From: Octopus vulgaris
Taxonomy: Eukaryota
Assembly (NCBI GenBank): GCA_951406725.2
Contig: OX597814.1
Coordinates: forward strand, 150,412,001-150,476,000
Direction of reading: 5' to 3'
DNA length: 64,000 bases
Position numbers and translations under genes: made by a program. The notes under the pieces are model-generated. The model was given only the letters and a program-made list of their open reading frames with translations, was not told where the DNA came from and made no database searches. Below, piece after piece: positions 26,562-41,377 of this stretch (positions within the stretch are counted from its first letter, which is position 1; each line of letters opens with the position of its first letter).

Positions 26562-27149
26562 GAAAAAGAAAGGAAGAAAACAAGAAAACAAGGAATAGGG
26601 AGAGGAAGGGATTCAAGGTGTGTTTCAAGCTTAAGTTATTTCCAGATATATACTAGAGTGAGATTTCTAAATGGTTCTTCCCACGAGCATTAACAATAAC
26701 TGTTTATGATTCTATATTTAACTTGTTTTCTTTAAGTTGTTTTAAAGTTCACCCTTAAAATTACAGTGGTCCGCTTCTATTTGGTTGGTTTGATGTCTCT
26801 TTTATCACAATCGTGAAACGGGGCTAATGGTTAGGTCACGAATACATCTAATGTAAAAATTGTCAACATTTTCTTAGCTTGTTTCCGACAATTTTCTATT
26901 CATACAGACTGTTCTCTTTTATCCTTAACTCTTAAGCTACGAAACTTTGTTAATAAATATTAGTAAACGGAAATTGTGTTGAAGCTTATCCAGTGATCTC
27001 TTCCTAGTTCTGAGAAAAAGACTTAATTCATTGTTCCACCAAATCATTGTGCGTTTGCAGTATTAGAACCTGTTGTTCAACATAAGGAAGATTTTATTCC
27101 ATCAGTAATGGAGCTCATATAAGTCTGTTGATGCACAGGTATGGGCTTC

Positions 27150-27800
27150 CCCGATCAAACCACCGGCGACAAAGTGCTTAGACAGGCCCAGCTACTGACA
27201 CTACCATGATTAAAGAATCAGTTATGCTCCCCAGTAGCACTCTAGGCCAGGACTGAAATTCTGGACTGAAATTCCTCCGGGGCAGCATTGCTCCTTGGTT
27301 TTCGTCGACGCCCAGATGTTCCTCAAGAAAATCATCGCACTTGCCAGCAACTGATTCTGACCGCACTGTCTAATTTGTAGAGGATTTTGTGCCTCTGGCG
27401 ACATTTCAGATGTCAAGCTCCCTCTTTCAGTCTTCACTTGACTTTGGACTGCAGCTCTGCCAAAGGACGAGTTGTGGACGTACAGCAGCTACACGTGTCC
27501 ATTGTCAAGGAAATTCTGGAGATGCTGCAGCCACAGTGCATGTTTGTACATGTCTGCTGTGCATATCATTAACCATGGCATGCCCAGTGCTTCACTCAGC
27601 TAAGAGTCGCAGCAAGTCTTCAGGGTAATTACTGAAATTAATTCTGCAATCGACCACCCCCACTCTTCACTCTTCTCGAAAAGTCGAACAGTGTGTCACT
27701 GAGAATTTGCACCACATGATCATCATGATCCACTGGATACCCGTTTAACGTTTTGTAACCACGTTGTGCCTCTAACATTCAATCCGATCGAGCGGCTTTC
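27150..27800 (-). pseudogene. Possible decayed RTE-like LINE 3' region
   Basis: GC-richer island. Weak resemblance (YKHAL...RAAVQSQVK) to RTE ORF C-termini. Confidence 0.25.
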
Positions 27801-30464
27801 GTTTGTCTGTCATGGAGCACGTACCTTAATTCTTGCAACACAGCTTTAGCGTATGTCACTGATGAAGTGGTCAAAGGTCAATCTTACTTCAAGCAATGTC
27901 TATCCTGAGCACTTTTTCTAAATTTTTAAGCCTTCTTTTAATTTAGTTTTCTCTATCGCTATTTGTTCACAAAACCTTATCGATCTTCCTCAAATCTCCC
28001 GTTTAAGGAAAAGCCACCATCTGTTATTGACAATTGCTCACGTCAACACCTGCTAAAGTAATTCCCTAATCCAGTCTCTGTAAGTTTGACGTGCTAAGAA
28101 AAACACGTTTAGCTTCCAGTAGCACGAAACTATGTGACATGCACAATTTTTTTTATTCTTGTAAGAACACTTTCCGCTGAACTTATAAAATGTGATGGCG
28201 ATATATTTCAAGAAGCTCTGATTATACATACAAACCGCTGACATCTTGGGAAGTTTTGTTAATTTTCAGCATGATATCGACATTATCTTCCACATTTTCT
28301 CCCTCCCTAAGAGACATTGATAATAGAAACGTATCCTAGACAATTTATTTGACAGGAGTAACACTGTTTATATCATTATATCAACTCCATTACTTATTAG
28401 TTGTTATTAATTTCTCTTAAAACCGGAGAAATATATAATTTTGCTTTATCAGTTCAACATATTATTTTATCAAATTTCTCCGAAGTTATTCCTATATTTT
28501 TGCAATGTAATTTACGAGAGAAAATTCCAGCCAGGTTTTGCCGAAAAGCAAGTTGTTATCAGTGTTATTATGTTATAAATAAGAATCCATTTTTATTATT
28601 TATTACAATTTATTGATTATTGCTGAACAAATTTTGTGTTTGACTTTCTAATATTTCTCTTGTAAATCCGCGTCAATCCTATTGATATCACACATACACA
28701 CATAGACACACAGATACACACACATACAAAATCATGCATACACATATAAATGTCCATACGCTTGGACATTGACTTCAACTTTATTCAAAATTAATTTTTA
28801 TTATTGCACAACAGTTGCCTAACCTCCTTTCGGATTCGGTAATAAAAGTACCAGTCAAGTACTGGGATCTGTATAATCGATGAGACCCCGCAACACAAAA
28901 TTTCAGGCCTCGTGCCTAAAGTACAATGGATTATTACACGACAATAAAAGTAATGAGTTTCTGGAATCATTAGCACTCCGGACAAAACGCTTAGCGGCAT
29001 TTCGCTCGTCAATACTTTCCTAGTTGAAATTCCGCCGAGGTCGGTTAACTTTCATTTCTTCAGGGTCGATAAAGCAAGTACTAGTTGAAAACTGGAGTCG
29101 ATATAATCAACTTCCTCCACTCAATAAATACTCACCGCTTTCGCTAGTTTAAATACTAAAATAATGCTTTTTTTCTAATTTCTGTACAAAGCCAGTAGTT
29201 TTGAGGTTGTTGACCCTGTAGTACTTTTGAGGTTGTTGACCCTGTAGTACTTAACTTCATTTTATCAACACCGAAAATCGCAGCAAGCTGACGAGGTAGG
29301 CATTCAAGTATATCCTGCATCTGGGCTGCTACACGTACCAATCAGACGAGCAAAGTGATACGTTGCACGTGTACCACTCATCCTCGTTCTCCAAAGACCG
29401 AACTGAGGTTTTGTTGAGCGTACTGCTATTGTTGTTTCTGCTACTGTGTAGGCGGTGTCTGCTGCTGTTGTTGTCAACTTTATTGATGATGTAGTATTTC
29501 CTGTTACTCCATCTCTTACAGATGTATTTGTTGTAGGTGGTACTTACATTGTTGCAAATGGGGCTGGAACCACTATTGTTGGTGTTGTAGTTGCTACTGT
29601 TATTGTCGCTGTTGATGTTGTGCTGTTGGCAGCAGTGGAGGCCATTTTCTTTCTATCACTGTCTGTTATAAAAGATGGGTTGCATTGTGTGGCACATTAC
29701 TGGTGTCTAGTCTTCCTACTCTTCACTACCACCTGCATCTGCTGTCTTCTTGGTAACTATATTACGTCGGAGTTCCCATCAGTCTCGCGTTTCAGCTGAA
29801 TCAGGGTCTAACCGCATTTTAAGCTAATTTTGTTTTGAGAATCTTTTTATTTATTAGTTGCAGTGTGGATGAATCGTTAAAACGATGAATTTTTAATGTC
29901 TATATAAGATTTATAGTTCTGATGGATGTTCGCAATTTTTATCTGAACACATCACTGGTAAACTGGTATCAGAGTAAATTACTTATTTCTACATGAGACG
30001 TTGAAGTACTTTTGGGCCAGGATCTAAGAGTGAAATTTTATTCACATAGTCATATCGCCTGAAATTTAGGCAAAGTCCTAGACTCTAGATATACTTTTCA
30101 AGCAGAGTTCACTTCACTCTTACCATTCCTTCATTTGTTTACTCTAGGAATTGTGGGGATATTGTAAGTTTGACTTTGTTACAGAGTTGATTGAAGTATT
30201 TCTCTGGTTGGTCCAGATACAACCTTCTGGAACAGAAAACAAACTTACAGAGCTTCTAAAACACGTCCAGCTACGACAATGAACAAAATAACTGTTTCTA
30301 AGTTTGGTACAAGGCCAGAAATTGTATGGGCGAGGTTAGACGCTATCATGATCCAAGTGCTTGATTAGCATTTTATAAACCCCAAAAGAAACAAATGCAG
30401 AGTTGTTCATATAGGAGAGACCTGAACTGAAAGCGTAAAGGGCCAGAACAAATACCGCAAAGCA

Positions 30465-30828
30465 GAGGACAAAATAAACAACAGTGCAAGATCATAGACT
30501 TTGCGATCCCTTATGATAACAGAGCCGATTCCAATGAAATTGAATAAAAAAAAACGAGAAATATAAAGTCATAACCAGGAGGTTAAAGAAACCGCGGAAG
30601 ACTAATACAATTATTCCTGTGGAAACTCATGCACTTGGTATAACACTCAAGATGCTACCTAAAAGACTGAAAGATATTTGAATTCAGACTCTTATTATCG
30701 ACATACAGATAAAGTACCATACTATATCCTACAGAATATAGAAGAGATTCCTATAGAATCCTAAGAAAGATTTTTGAGACTTGAAGGGATTTGCCGCTAA
30801 CAAACCTCCAGACAACAGCAACAACAGC

Positions 30829-30830
<2 letters not shown>
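30465..30830 (+). mobile_element. Old R4/Dong-like LINE 3' fragment ending in (AAT)n
   Basis: Peptide CKIIDFAIPYDNR...KY.....L....IIPV...ALG matches the REL endonuclease region. Followed by (AAT)n at about 30829-30920. Confidence 0.65.
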
Positions 30831-30905
<75 letters not shown>

Positions 30906-30919
30906 TAATAATAATAGTA

Positions 30920-31180
30920 ATAACTAGAATGTGGAACCAGAGGTAACTAGAATGTGGAACCTGAAAACAGAAACAATTCCTATCATAGTAGGTGCATTAG
31001 GCACTGATAAAAAATTTGAATTCAGACTCTTAAATCGGCATAACAGATAAAGTACCAGGACTATACAAGCACATATGACATACAGAAAGATTCACTACTA
31101 GGCACTAAGAAACAGACTTGAACTTTCCATACACAAACCATCCAGATAACATTCCTGCTAACAAATTAGCATGTACTATC

Positions 31181-31224
<44 letters not shown>

Positions 31225-31251
31225 TAATAATAATAATAATAATAATAATAA

Positions 31252-31291
<40 letters not shown>

Positions 31292-31304
31292 TAAAAATAA
31301 AAAT

Positions 31305-31335
<31 letters not shown>

Positions 31336-31565
31336 GCAACAACAACAACAACAATAATAATAATAATAACATAACAACAACATCAAGACTAAGAGGTATA
31401 TATATCATACACAATAGTACTACTAGACACCGAACATATTCTACATAAAACATTTTCAATACAGTAAAAATGAGAGCATCACATCAAACCACAGTGCGTA
31501 CCCAAGGCACACAGAGCTGCGCTCGGTAGTGCAGTGAAAACATGTGAAGAAAATAAGACTACTGT
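30920..31565 (+). mobile_element. Mosaic R4/Dong-like 3' fragments interleaved with (AAT)n/(AAC)n
   Basis: Pieces match the young copy at 60640-60900 (GAGGTAACTAGAATGTGG, GAGCTGCGCTCGGTAGTG) mixed with pieces matching 30660-30730. Confidence 0.6.
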
Positions 31566-31826
31566 ATAACAACAACAATGACGACGACGACGACGACAAC
31601 GACGACGACGACAACAGCAACAACAACAGCAATAATAATAATAAGAGAGTGCAAACATTCCCCAAAGCAACTCTAACGTCCTCGCGACGATTAGCCAGAG
31701 AGGATTTTTAAAATGAGAATATCTGAAATAAACTCGACAGTTCTGAGAATACTAAAAATGAACCCGACTACTCTCAAAAATTAAATAAAAAAACCGGAAA
31801 AATTATCCAGAATCCTTGTCCGGTTC

Positions 31827-33070
31827 CTCGTTTTCCTGTCCATTTCCTCAAGCACGTGCTTTGTCCACCTAACAACACCTGCGCGATATCGCATTAAGGA
31901 AATAACCCAAGTGTCTATTTCCCCTGACTTGTCTTTTCCATTGTGCCTACATCCCATAATTTAGTTCTGAGATATTATCGCCTAAAGCCTTGCTTCATTT
32001 CGCTTTCCTTGATTTTGTCATATTCCAAAATAACTAGATATTTATATCCATTAGTCTCAATATCTTGATTTTCTTGTCGTTGAGTAGTTCTATGCCATCA
32101 GACGACACTATTTTGCCTTTTTGTATGATAAGCATACCACAATTTTTAGTCCCAAATTCCATTCCGATATTTTTACTGAATATCAGCACTGCTGAAACTA
32201 GGCAATTCATTTCACTTTAGGTCTTCCCAAAGATCTTTAATTCATCCATATATAACAGATGATTTAATTTTCCTCCACTTCCCAAGGTGTACCCCGAAGT
32301 TACTTTCCGTAGTATCTGTGTGAAGGGTATCATACAAATCAAAGACAACAATTGTGATAGAATATCTCTTTGAAATATGCCTCTGTTGATGCTAACCCTC
32401 ACCCAAACTTTTCCACATGAAGTTAAATCTGTATTACAATTTTTCATTCATCTCCTAACAAAATTTAATGTTATTCTGTTATGGGTTTCAGCTCTAAGGC
32501 TGTGGCCATGCTGGAGCACCGCCAGTGACATATGTTATATATATATATATTATATTGCTCAATTCTTTGGTCAGATCGCTTGACCTTTGTCGCTTCAGCC
32601 TGCAATCTTTGTTTCAGCTCTTCAAGAACTGCATTCAGCCCCTTTTTCTTTATCCTACATTTACGTTCCTGATACTTCTTCTCCCGCTTGGCTTCCTTTA
32701 TTTTCTTTCTTTCCAAGGTGTTGATATGTGTTCGTAGTCCGTTCATTGATTGCTTTATTCTTCTTTCCCACCAGGGTTCTATTCATTCATTCCTACATTC
32801 ACGGTTTGGTTCGAGGCCTATTTCATTTCCTATATAAATGATGCAGGCTTTAATCAATCTATCCGTTTCGATTGTATTGTCTGTTTTGATTTCTTTCGGT
32901 ATTTCGGTATTCACCTCAAGGGCCCACCTCCTGGGCAAATTTCTATCTGCTTTCCAGAATCCATTTATTTCCATATCTAGGACTTCCTCAATGATACTAG
33001 GAATGTCTTCGATCATTCCTTTGTCTTCATTATTCTGTTTTCCTCTGCAATCAGGGCTTAAGACATAATA
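31827..33070 (-). mobile_element. R4/Dong-like LINE N-terminal and RT portion (inverted relative to its 3' half)
   Basis: Minus-strand peptides LEELKQRLQA..KVKR..QRIEQY; INRGIFQRD.LS.LL.LICMIP; LNHLLYMDELKIFGK; IGMEFG; GYKYL; WVISLMRYRAGVVRWT..LEEMDRKTR. Confidence 0.8.
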
Positions 33071-33344
33071 CTTCACGCGGTTAGCGAAGGGGGAGGTATT
33101 GTTTTCAGTCAAATTTGTTGGTTTTACTTTGGACAAGATATCTCAAGAACCGCTGAATGCATTCTGATGAAACTTTCAGAGATGTTTGGCCATGTGACTG
33201 CACGAAGTGATGAGGTTTTGGGATCGAACCGGTACCGGACAAGGATTCTGGATTATTTGAACAATTTACTTTGCTTTACACGAAGTATTACAATCTTACG
33301 TTCTTTCAAGTCTTTCTTAGTTGTCTCCATTTCGGTCACCATTA

Positions 33345-34110
33345 ACAAGGGTGACCGAAAAGAATACTGAAAGCCTAATCATCGCGGCCCAGGACCAGGC
33401 ATTGAATACTAACTCAGTGAAAAAGAATATATACCACACAAGTGCATCGGACCTCAGCAGATTGTGTGGGAAGAGGGTCGAAAGTGTGACTCCCATTGTT
33501 AGTGCCTGTGAAAGTCTTGCACAGAAAGAGTACAAGCGTAGACACGGCAAAGTAGCCCAAAACCTCCACTGGTTGCTAAGATGTAAGTATGGATATGAGG
33601 TTACGGATGCTTAGTACCAACATACACCGGAAAAGGTAATGGACGAAAAGGGAAGGCAAAAACCCTCTGGGACTTTGATTTCCAAACAGAGTCTTAGAGC
33701 ACCGAAAGCCGGATATAGTAACCTTTAGGAGGGACAAACAAGAGTGCCTAAAAATCGACGCTGCAGTGCCAGGAGACCAACATATCATCATGAAAGAAAG
33801 AGAAAAAGTTGATAAATATGGAGACCTGAGAATTGAGATCGCTAAGATGTGGCAGCTATGAGAGTCGAACATAAAGGTCATCCCTATATTCATCGGAGCA
33901 TTGGGTTCAATACCACCCAATCTGAAAAAAAAAAACATCTGAAAATTTCAGAGATACACTACAATCTAGATGTACTTGGAATTGCACGCATATTGCGTAA
34001 AGTACTGTCTGTCTGAGGTCCTTGTTGTGACTTGACATACTGTACAAAACCTTGGTAGACACAATATCATCAAGAAACAACCTCACGATATTGTGTATCT
34101 TGTACGACGT
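33345..34110 (+). mobile_element. R4/Dong-like LINE C-terminal portion (zinc knuckle + REL), decayed
   Basis: TESLIIAAQDQALNTN..RLCG.RVESV..IVSACESLAQKEYKRRH; KPDIV..CLKIDAAVP..KEREKVDKY.DL.IEI..MW..IGALG. Ends in (AAT)n. Confidence 0.85.
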
Positions 34111-34111
34111 C

Positions 34112-34163
<52 letters not shown>

Positions 34164-34182
34164 GTAATAATAATAATAATAA

Positions 34183-34480
34183 TAAATACAAAGACCTGGA
34201 AATAGAGGTAACCAGAATGTGGAATCTAAAAACAGAAACAATTCCTATCATAGTAGGTGCATTAGGCATGATAAAAAAATATTCAGACAAATACATAACA
34301 AAAACAAAAGGACTTACAAACACATATAACATACAGAAAATTGCACTACTAGGCACTGCACACATCCTACGCAGAACACTTTCCATACAATAACCATCAG
34401 AGCATCACATCAAATCACAGCACATACCCAAGGAACACAGAGCTGCGCTCGGTAGTGAAGTGAAAGCACGCTATAAAAAG
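34183..34480 (+). mobile_element. Young 5'-truncated R4/Dong-like LINE in (AAT)n
   Basis: KYKDLEIEVTRMWNLKTETIPIIVGALG...RRTLSIQ*, near-identical to 60615-60910. (AAT)n on both sides. Confidence 0.9.
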
Positions 34481-34487
34481 AACAATG

Positions 34488-34579
<92 letters not shown>

Positions 34580-36295
34580 AAGAAGAAGAAGAAGAAGAAG
34601 AAAAAGAAGAAAAAGAAATTTGACCACCAAATCGGACACATGTATTTGGTGCTCATTCTACGTATCTGTCTTGTCCAGCTGCTAAGTTACAGGGTCGATT
34701 TCAAAGAAAAATATCCAGGTGCATGTATGGAAAAAACGAGGCAACAACAATCAAGCTGCAATGATGATGTCATAACAAAATAGATTAAATATTTAATCAC
34801 AGATATAACAAACAATGAACCTACATCGGTAAAGAAACTGTAACCTTTGCAGGATCAGAGCAACACAAATGAACACCTTCCTCTACGAAAGACTTTTCAA
34901 CTCCTGGCTGACAAATAATTACCAGAGCTGGATATATTGATTAACCTGATTTCATAGATACAGGTGAAGATCTGTAAATACTCAGTATGATTTTAATTTC
35001 TATTAATCCGTTTAATAAGATAGACTTCTTTTCAGTTCAAACACATCAGTTTAATTCGTGCCGATAACGTCATGCAATTTTGTTATTTTAAATGTGAAAG
35101 CCGAGGAAGATTAAACCAACAAGAGATGACTGAAATCGTCAATGTAATTGTTTCATTTGTATAACTTCTTTGAGTTAATGAATTTAATCTGTATATAATC
35201 ACAATTAAAATTCAATTGTAGAAAAATATCTGATTTGCTAATTTCGTAGCCATGACACATAACATATAAAATTATAACTTGTTAAATGATGTGTAGCTCA
35301 CGTATTGTTAGTGTGGACTGGATATATTCTCTCAGTACAGGTGAATTTGTTCTATTGTTGTATGATCTGGTCTATTAAGATATTCGTTAACTAATGTTGG
35401 TTTTGCACACAAGGTTTTTCTATTTAAAGGTTCCCCATCGGTTAAATCAAGATGCCCATAAAACAGGGAACACATCACATCTAACCACAAGCTCATAATT
35501 AGAATATATTGCAGAAATGTAAGAATGAAAAGTCTCAAACCTCTTCTTAAACTTGAATCGTCAAACTAACAAATTATGGAATGTACATACGAGAAGCCTC
35601 GTAAGTAATCATTTAAAAATAAACATCAGTACATTCTTGTCGGTTGACTATGCATTTACGAGAATAGTTCCTTACAACTCATTCTATTAAGGCATAGTGA
35701 AAAATGGGAAGAAAACATTAGTTAGTGGAACTGCTCTGTCATATAGAATCCCACGAAAAAAGAGAGAAGAACAATTATGGAAGCTCTACTAGATAAAGCA
35801 AAAATCAGTTCACGGATAAATTGCAACGTAAAATTAATCATAAAATTTATCAAGACTTAATCGTTGTATAATTTGAAATCTAACGTTAGCGTTTTCATAT
35901 ATCACAGCTATTCCCATGATATTGCGAGTGCTGATGCGAAAATGAAGGGATAACTATCACTTCATTCTGATGATGAGAACGTGAAATGTTAATTAGCTAA
36001 CGGATTTAGAACTGATTTACTTCGTAGCTAAATATAAAGGACTACCAAGGATATATGAAATATTCTTTGTAAAAGAAATAAAGATTAAACTCAAACATAG
36101 TCGTGTTATTGAGATAATGTGCATATAATTGTCCCCTATTTACGTATAGATATGCAGTTGTGATTGTGTGTGTGTGTATGTGTGTATGTGCATGGGTGTG
36201 TGTTTGCGTATGTGCGTGTGCTTATGTGTGCATTTGCGCAAGTGTTTGCACGTGTGCGTGCGTCTGTCTCATAAACTTTTAATCTTGTCTTAAAG

Positions 36296-36382
<87 letters not shown>

Positions 36383-37358
36383 AATATTTTGTAAATATGT
36401 ATTTCTGAAAAGTGATTCTGAAGATCACATGATAAACACTTATTTTTGTTCTAAATTTCGATCATGAAATAGTAAGGAGTATTTTGGCAAGTTTGAAATT
36501 AAACATTAAGATAGTGTAAGTGTGTGTGTGTGTATGCGTGTTTGCACGCGCATACATACATTTACACACACACTCATTCACACACATTCACACATGCACA
36601 CACACATACACACACATGCACACACATACACACATCTATGTATACACATGAAATGTAATTTTTATAACTTAACGATGATATACTGTAAGTATATTCACGT
36701 TAAATAAGATACATCGATTACTATTCGGAAGCAATACTTCTTCGGTCACTAATAATGAATGTCTGTGTGTGTGTACATGTGTGTGTGTGTATGTGTGTGC
36801 GCGCGCGCGTGTATTAACCTTTATATCATACTTAACGTTGATGCTTCATAGGCGCACAGTAATATCGCAGTACTCATACAGACTTGTTACTTCTGATAAG
36901 GAATTATAAAATGATATAAAAACCGAGTAAGAATTAAAATTTCGCCGAAACGTTATGGTTTTCAGTGCGAATGCCTCTTCCTCTATTGGACGAGTATGGA
37001 TTACTCTGAGATGATATGGATTATTTTGAAATTTCGAAGACGCACCTGTTTCGCCCCTGCCAAGAGAATTTAAAATTTTTAATCTTTAATTAGAAACTTG
37101 TTTATTTTCCCTCTTCTAATTTATGATTATAATCTGCTTGATTGGAATATAGAATACAGAAAATTGTTTATCGTTTGATCTTTAAATTTCATTGCTACGG
37201 CCTAATTTTACTTAAGTAAGTACTCAGGCGCGCGAACACGCACACCTACACACGTACACACACACATACATACACGAACGCGCATACACATACAAACATG
37301 CATATACGCACACGCGCACTCTCACTCCCACACGCTCGTATATATAAATACATATATA

Positions 37359-37406
<48 letters not shown>

Positions 37407-37505
37407 TGTGTGTTTATGTGTGAGTATGCTACATACCCTTGCCTTTAATACACTGAATTATGTATGTCGTATATATGTATTTGCAAACATACATTTATGT
37501 ATTTA

Positions 37506-37545
<40 letters not shown>

Positions 37546-39221
37546 TTAATATTCATTCAGCTCCCTTACAGATAGCAAAAGATTAGATTTTTCCCCTTCA
37601 ATATGAAATATTTCTGTTCGTGCTTGTGTAAGATTAAGCACTCATTCGTCTGTATTTTTTAAGTGCTCAAGATTTCATACAATGACAAGAGTAGCAAAAG
37701 AAAAAAAAAGGATATGCACTTCATTGAAATTGGAGAGGTCTCTGGAGATTAATGGTACCAGAAGACAAATTAAAAAGACAGAAAATGAGGTCTTTTCGTA
37801 GTTGCTTTCGCTTGGGTGGCGAATTAGTAGAGTCGTTAGAATATCGGATACAATATCCTGCGATATTTCTTTTGGTACTCGAGGTTCTGAGTTCACATAC
37901 AAGGAAAGTCAACTTTAGCTTTCGTTTTTTCGGGTTTGTTAAAAAGAAAAGGAACAATCCCTCACGGTAGATTCGTGGAACTATACGAACGTTAGACCAA
38001 ATGCCTCATGGTCTTTATTCGACAATTTGCGTTATGTATCAAAATCCTGCCGCAGCGTACTCGAGAAGTACGCCTGGTTTAACCCAACACCACCTATTGC
38101 AAATTTTCGAGCTAAGTGTCTGTTTAGAGGAGACCATATTTTCTCGTCTCACTAGTCATTATGAAATCCATGTGAAGCGTGGTGTGATGGGCAATTCCTA
38201 TGTTCTAGACTGAAAAAAGTTTTTAAAACCTCAGATCAACCTTTATCAAGGAGATCTATTACTAAATATGTTCCGGTCGTGACACTTTATTTATTTATTT
38301 GAAATTGCATTGGCCAATTTGTCATTCGTTTTCTAAAACCAATAGGGTGTGAATTGAAGCTGTGTACAGTCCACATGATTCGGCAATAAACAGTAATCAA
38401 AACCTATGGTAAGCTGGCAGAATCATTAGCAAGTTGAATAAAATGTTTAGCAGGATTTCTTCCAGCTTTGTTCTGAGTTCGAATTCCACAGAGGCCAACT
38501 TCGACTTTTCACTGGTGGTGCTCCAGTGTGGTCACAGCCTTAGGGCTGAAACTTATAAAAGAGTAAATGATTAATTAATTTACACACACTAATGGGTTCC
38601 AGTTCTAGCATTTTATATCGATTAATTATTCCTGTGCTTAATAATGTAACAATGTTAAACCTATGGAATATAATAATGTAACAATTATTAAAACAACTAT
38701 GAAAGCGCGTAAAATAGTGGTTAAGGTATTACACATTTGATCATGGTTTCGATTCCTGGGTCAGTCAGTGAATTGAGTTCTTGAAACAAGCGCTTCATTT
38801 CTCATTGCAACAGTCCTGGGAAGTTAGCACTACAATAGTCTAGCGGCCTGTTCAGAGAGGTGTGTTGTGATCTGAGTCCCTTATATGCCACGGAATCTAA
38901 GCTCCGTCTTTATAAGTCTTTTAGCCTCATGAAAGAAAAGCAAAGTCAAAGCAACTGAAACATCCACACATTGTGTTTCTTTCATATTTATCGTTTTACA
39001 AATTTTATCGACAATGAAATTTTATTCATTGAAGAAATTTATGACAAATTTAAAAAGTCAGATTAATCTACACCAGAATCGGAACTTTATCTATAATTCA
39101 GTGAAATCTTAAGAATAACTCAGTTGCATTTGGACTTTATCATATGGTAATTTATAATTATGAGATCCCGAACACAGTGATTATTAAAAGCATTCATAAA
39201 ATGTATATTTCTAAAACAAAG

Positions 39222-39253
<32 letters not shown>

Positions 39254-39271
39254 CATACATACATACATACA

Positions 39272-39307
<36 letters not shown>

Positions 39308-40013
39308 TTTTCAAAAATGCTCATTATAATGCTACCTTTCACTAATGTCTAAAACTTAAAAGCAAGCATTCATGAAGTAAGCATATTTAATTTATGTAGT
39401 TACGTGGATTTGATTATGAATGGTTCAGTATTTGAGAAAATTGAGAAAATATACAATTACACAATTACTTGATATTTGTGTGTGTATGCGTGTGTGTGTG
39501 TGTATGTGTGTGTGTGCACGCGTGTGTGTGTAGGTAAGAAGTAAAATCTCCATTTTAAAGATGTGACCGCTAGTCATATAATAAATATATTCAAACATAA
39601 CAAAGTATACATCTCCCTAGAAGCAGCAGAGAGTAAGTAGAAATTCTTTATAGCGAGAAACATATGAAAGATATTCTGTTCTAAATTGGTTTCAAAATGG
39701 CTGAAGTTTATAGAAATGGGTAATTGATGCTAGACAGCCAAATTTTGCCTTATTTAAAATATTCGTAAATAATTTACTAGTGTACGGCAATTTGATGTAA
39801 GAGAACTCCAAATATGAGTTGAAGACATAATGTCGTATATTATTGTCATTAAAGAGAAACGCTGCTAAGAGAAATATTGTAACATATACTTGTAGAACGA
39901 CGTTGTGAATAAATAAATTCTTAACAGACTACCAATTTAGATTCAATGATTATATAGTTTCTATATATTTAGAATGATTGTATATGTATAAGAGATTCAA
40001 GCTACCAGAATTT

Positions 40014-40090
<77 letters not shown>

Positions 40091-40093
<3 letters not shown>

Positions 40094-41238
40094 TCTGATG
40101 GAAATACCCGGGACCTCCGTTTTCAAGACGTCAGAACAGCACTAACTGAGAGCCAATATACACTCCCTTATAGACGATGGAATTAAGCGTCCCAAGAAAT
40201 TAGGCATTAAAACACTAAGTGAAACAAAATGTAACACCACATCTCAAAACACTACCGTATATATCAACTCAAAACCCCAGAAACAACGAGGCATGCAACA
40301 CTATTGTGAAAAATCTACCTATGCTCACTGGGATCCAAACTTGAACAGCATTCTGAAAACACATAGATTCATCAAATGCAAAAAAACAACACAAATCGCT
40401 GAAACGACTGGTGATAAATGCGAAGCTTTACACAACAATCACGAAACCGGTGGTTAAATGTGTATGCCCAAACTGTGGAACATGCTCCAACCTGTTGGAA
40501 GGTTCGGAATTCCTACTCAAAGAGAGAGGTTTACAATTAAAGCCAACTTTACTTGTGCTAATTTATCTAATTTATGTTATAACTTGTTCAGGTTGTGGAC
40601 ATAACTGTATGGGACTGACAAGTATGGCACTTAGACGGAGAACCACACTACATAAGGAACAGGTCCATTTTCCACAATACAGACAGATTTCTTTGAGTGA
40701 AGACATAGAGAGATGTGAAGGTAATACCCAATCAAACTTCAAAGTTTCCTTCATCTCACAGTGCAAAGAAACAATTTCTGTACAAAAACGTTTAAATAAG
40801 GAAAATGTATTTATCGAAAATACAGAACACACCTAAATATGAACGCATAAACATCTTTGGTTTCAGTATATATTTCAAATCATGCTCACAAGCCCATCAC
40901 TGTAAATACTTCATCCCACTACTTTAGCTTTTGAGGTTTTGCATATTTATCTATCCCCCCACCACACGCGCAAAATATAAACATTTACCTAACCTGTCCC
41001 GAATAATAACGATCACCAATTACCCGAACTTAGATTATTTTTACATGCTGATTCATTTCATTCCCAAACTCCCATACACAACGTGGACTAAAATCTTAAG
41101 AAAATACGAAATTACAATAATCTCAGTGTCATGATTCGCGAAAGCGAAACCTGTTAACAAACAAAATACTCTTTCAATTATAAAATATATTTAAAATATG
41201 TTAAATCTATGTAAACTGTGTGTATTTTCCTCCTTTTG
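40091..41238 (+). mobile_element. 5'-truncated Penelope-like element with GIY-YIG domain, in (TA)n
   Basis: ORF 40411-40836: KCVCPNCGTC...LIYVITCSGCGHNCMGLT..LRRRTTLHKEQ (Cys linker plus degenerate GIY-YIG). Hammerhead-like motif at 41127-41159. (TA)n on both sides. Confidence 0.8.
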
Positions 41239-41275
<37 letters not shown>

Positions 41276-41331
41276 TGCATTACAACTAACTACGTGGGGT
41301 AATCGAAATTCTTCTCCTCTTTAACTCTTAC

Positions 41332-41377
<46 letters not shown>

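Noticed and set aside
29455-29799. Val/Ala-rich 114-aa ORF
   Set aside because: Derived from degenerate (GTT/GCT)n low-complexity sequence.
35967-35990. CTGATGA...GAAA as a hammerhead
   Set aside because: No valid stem II closure or helix I; likely chance.
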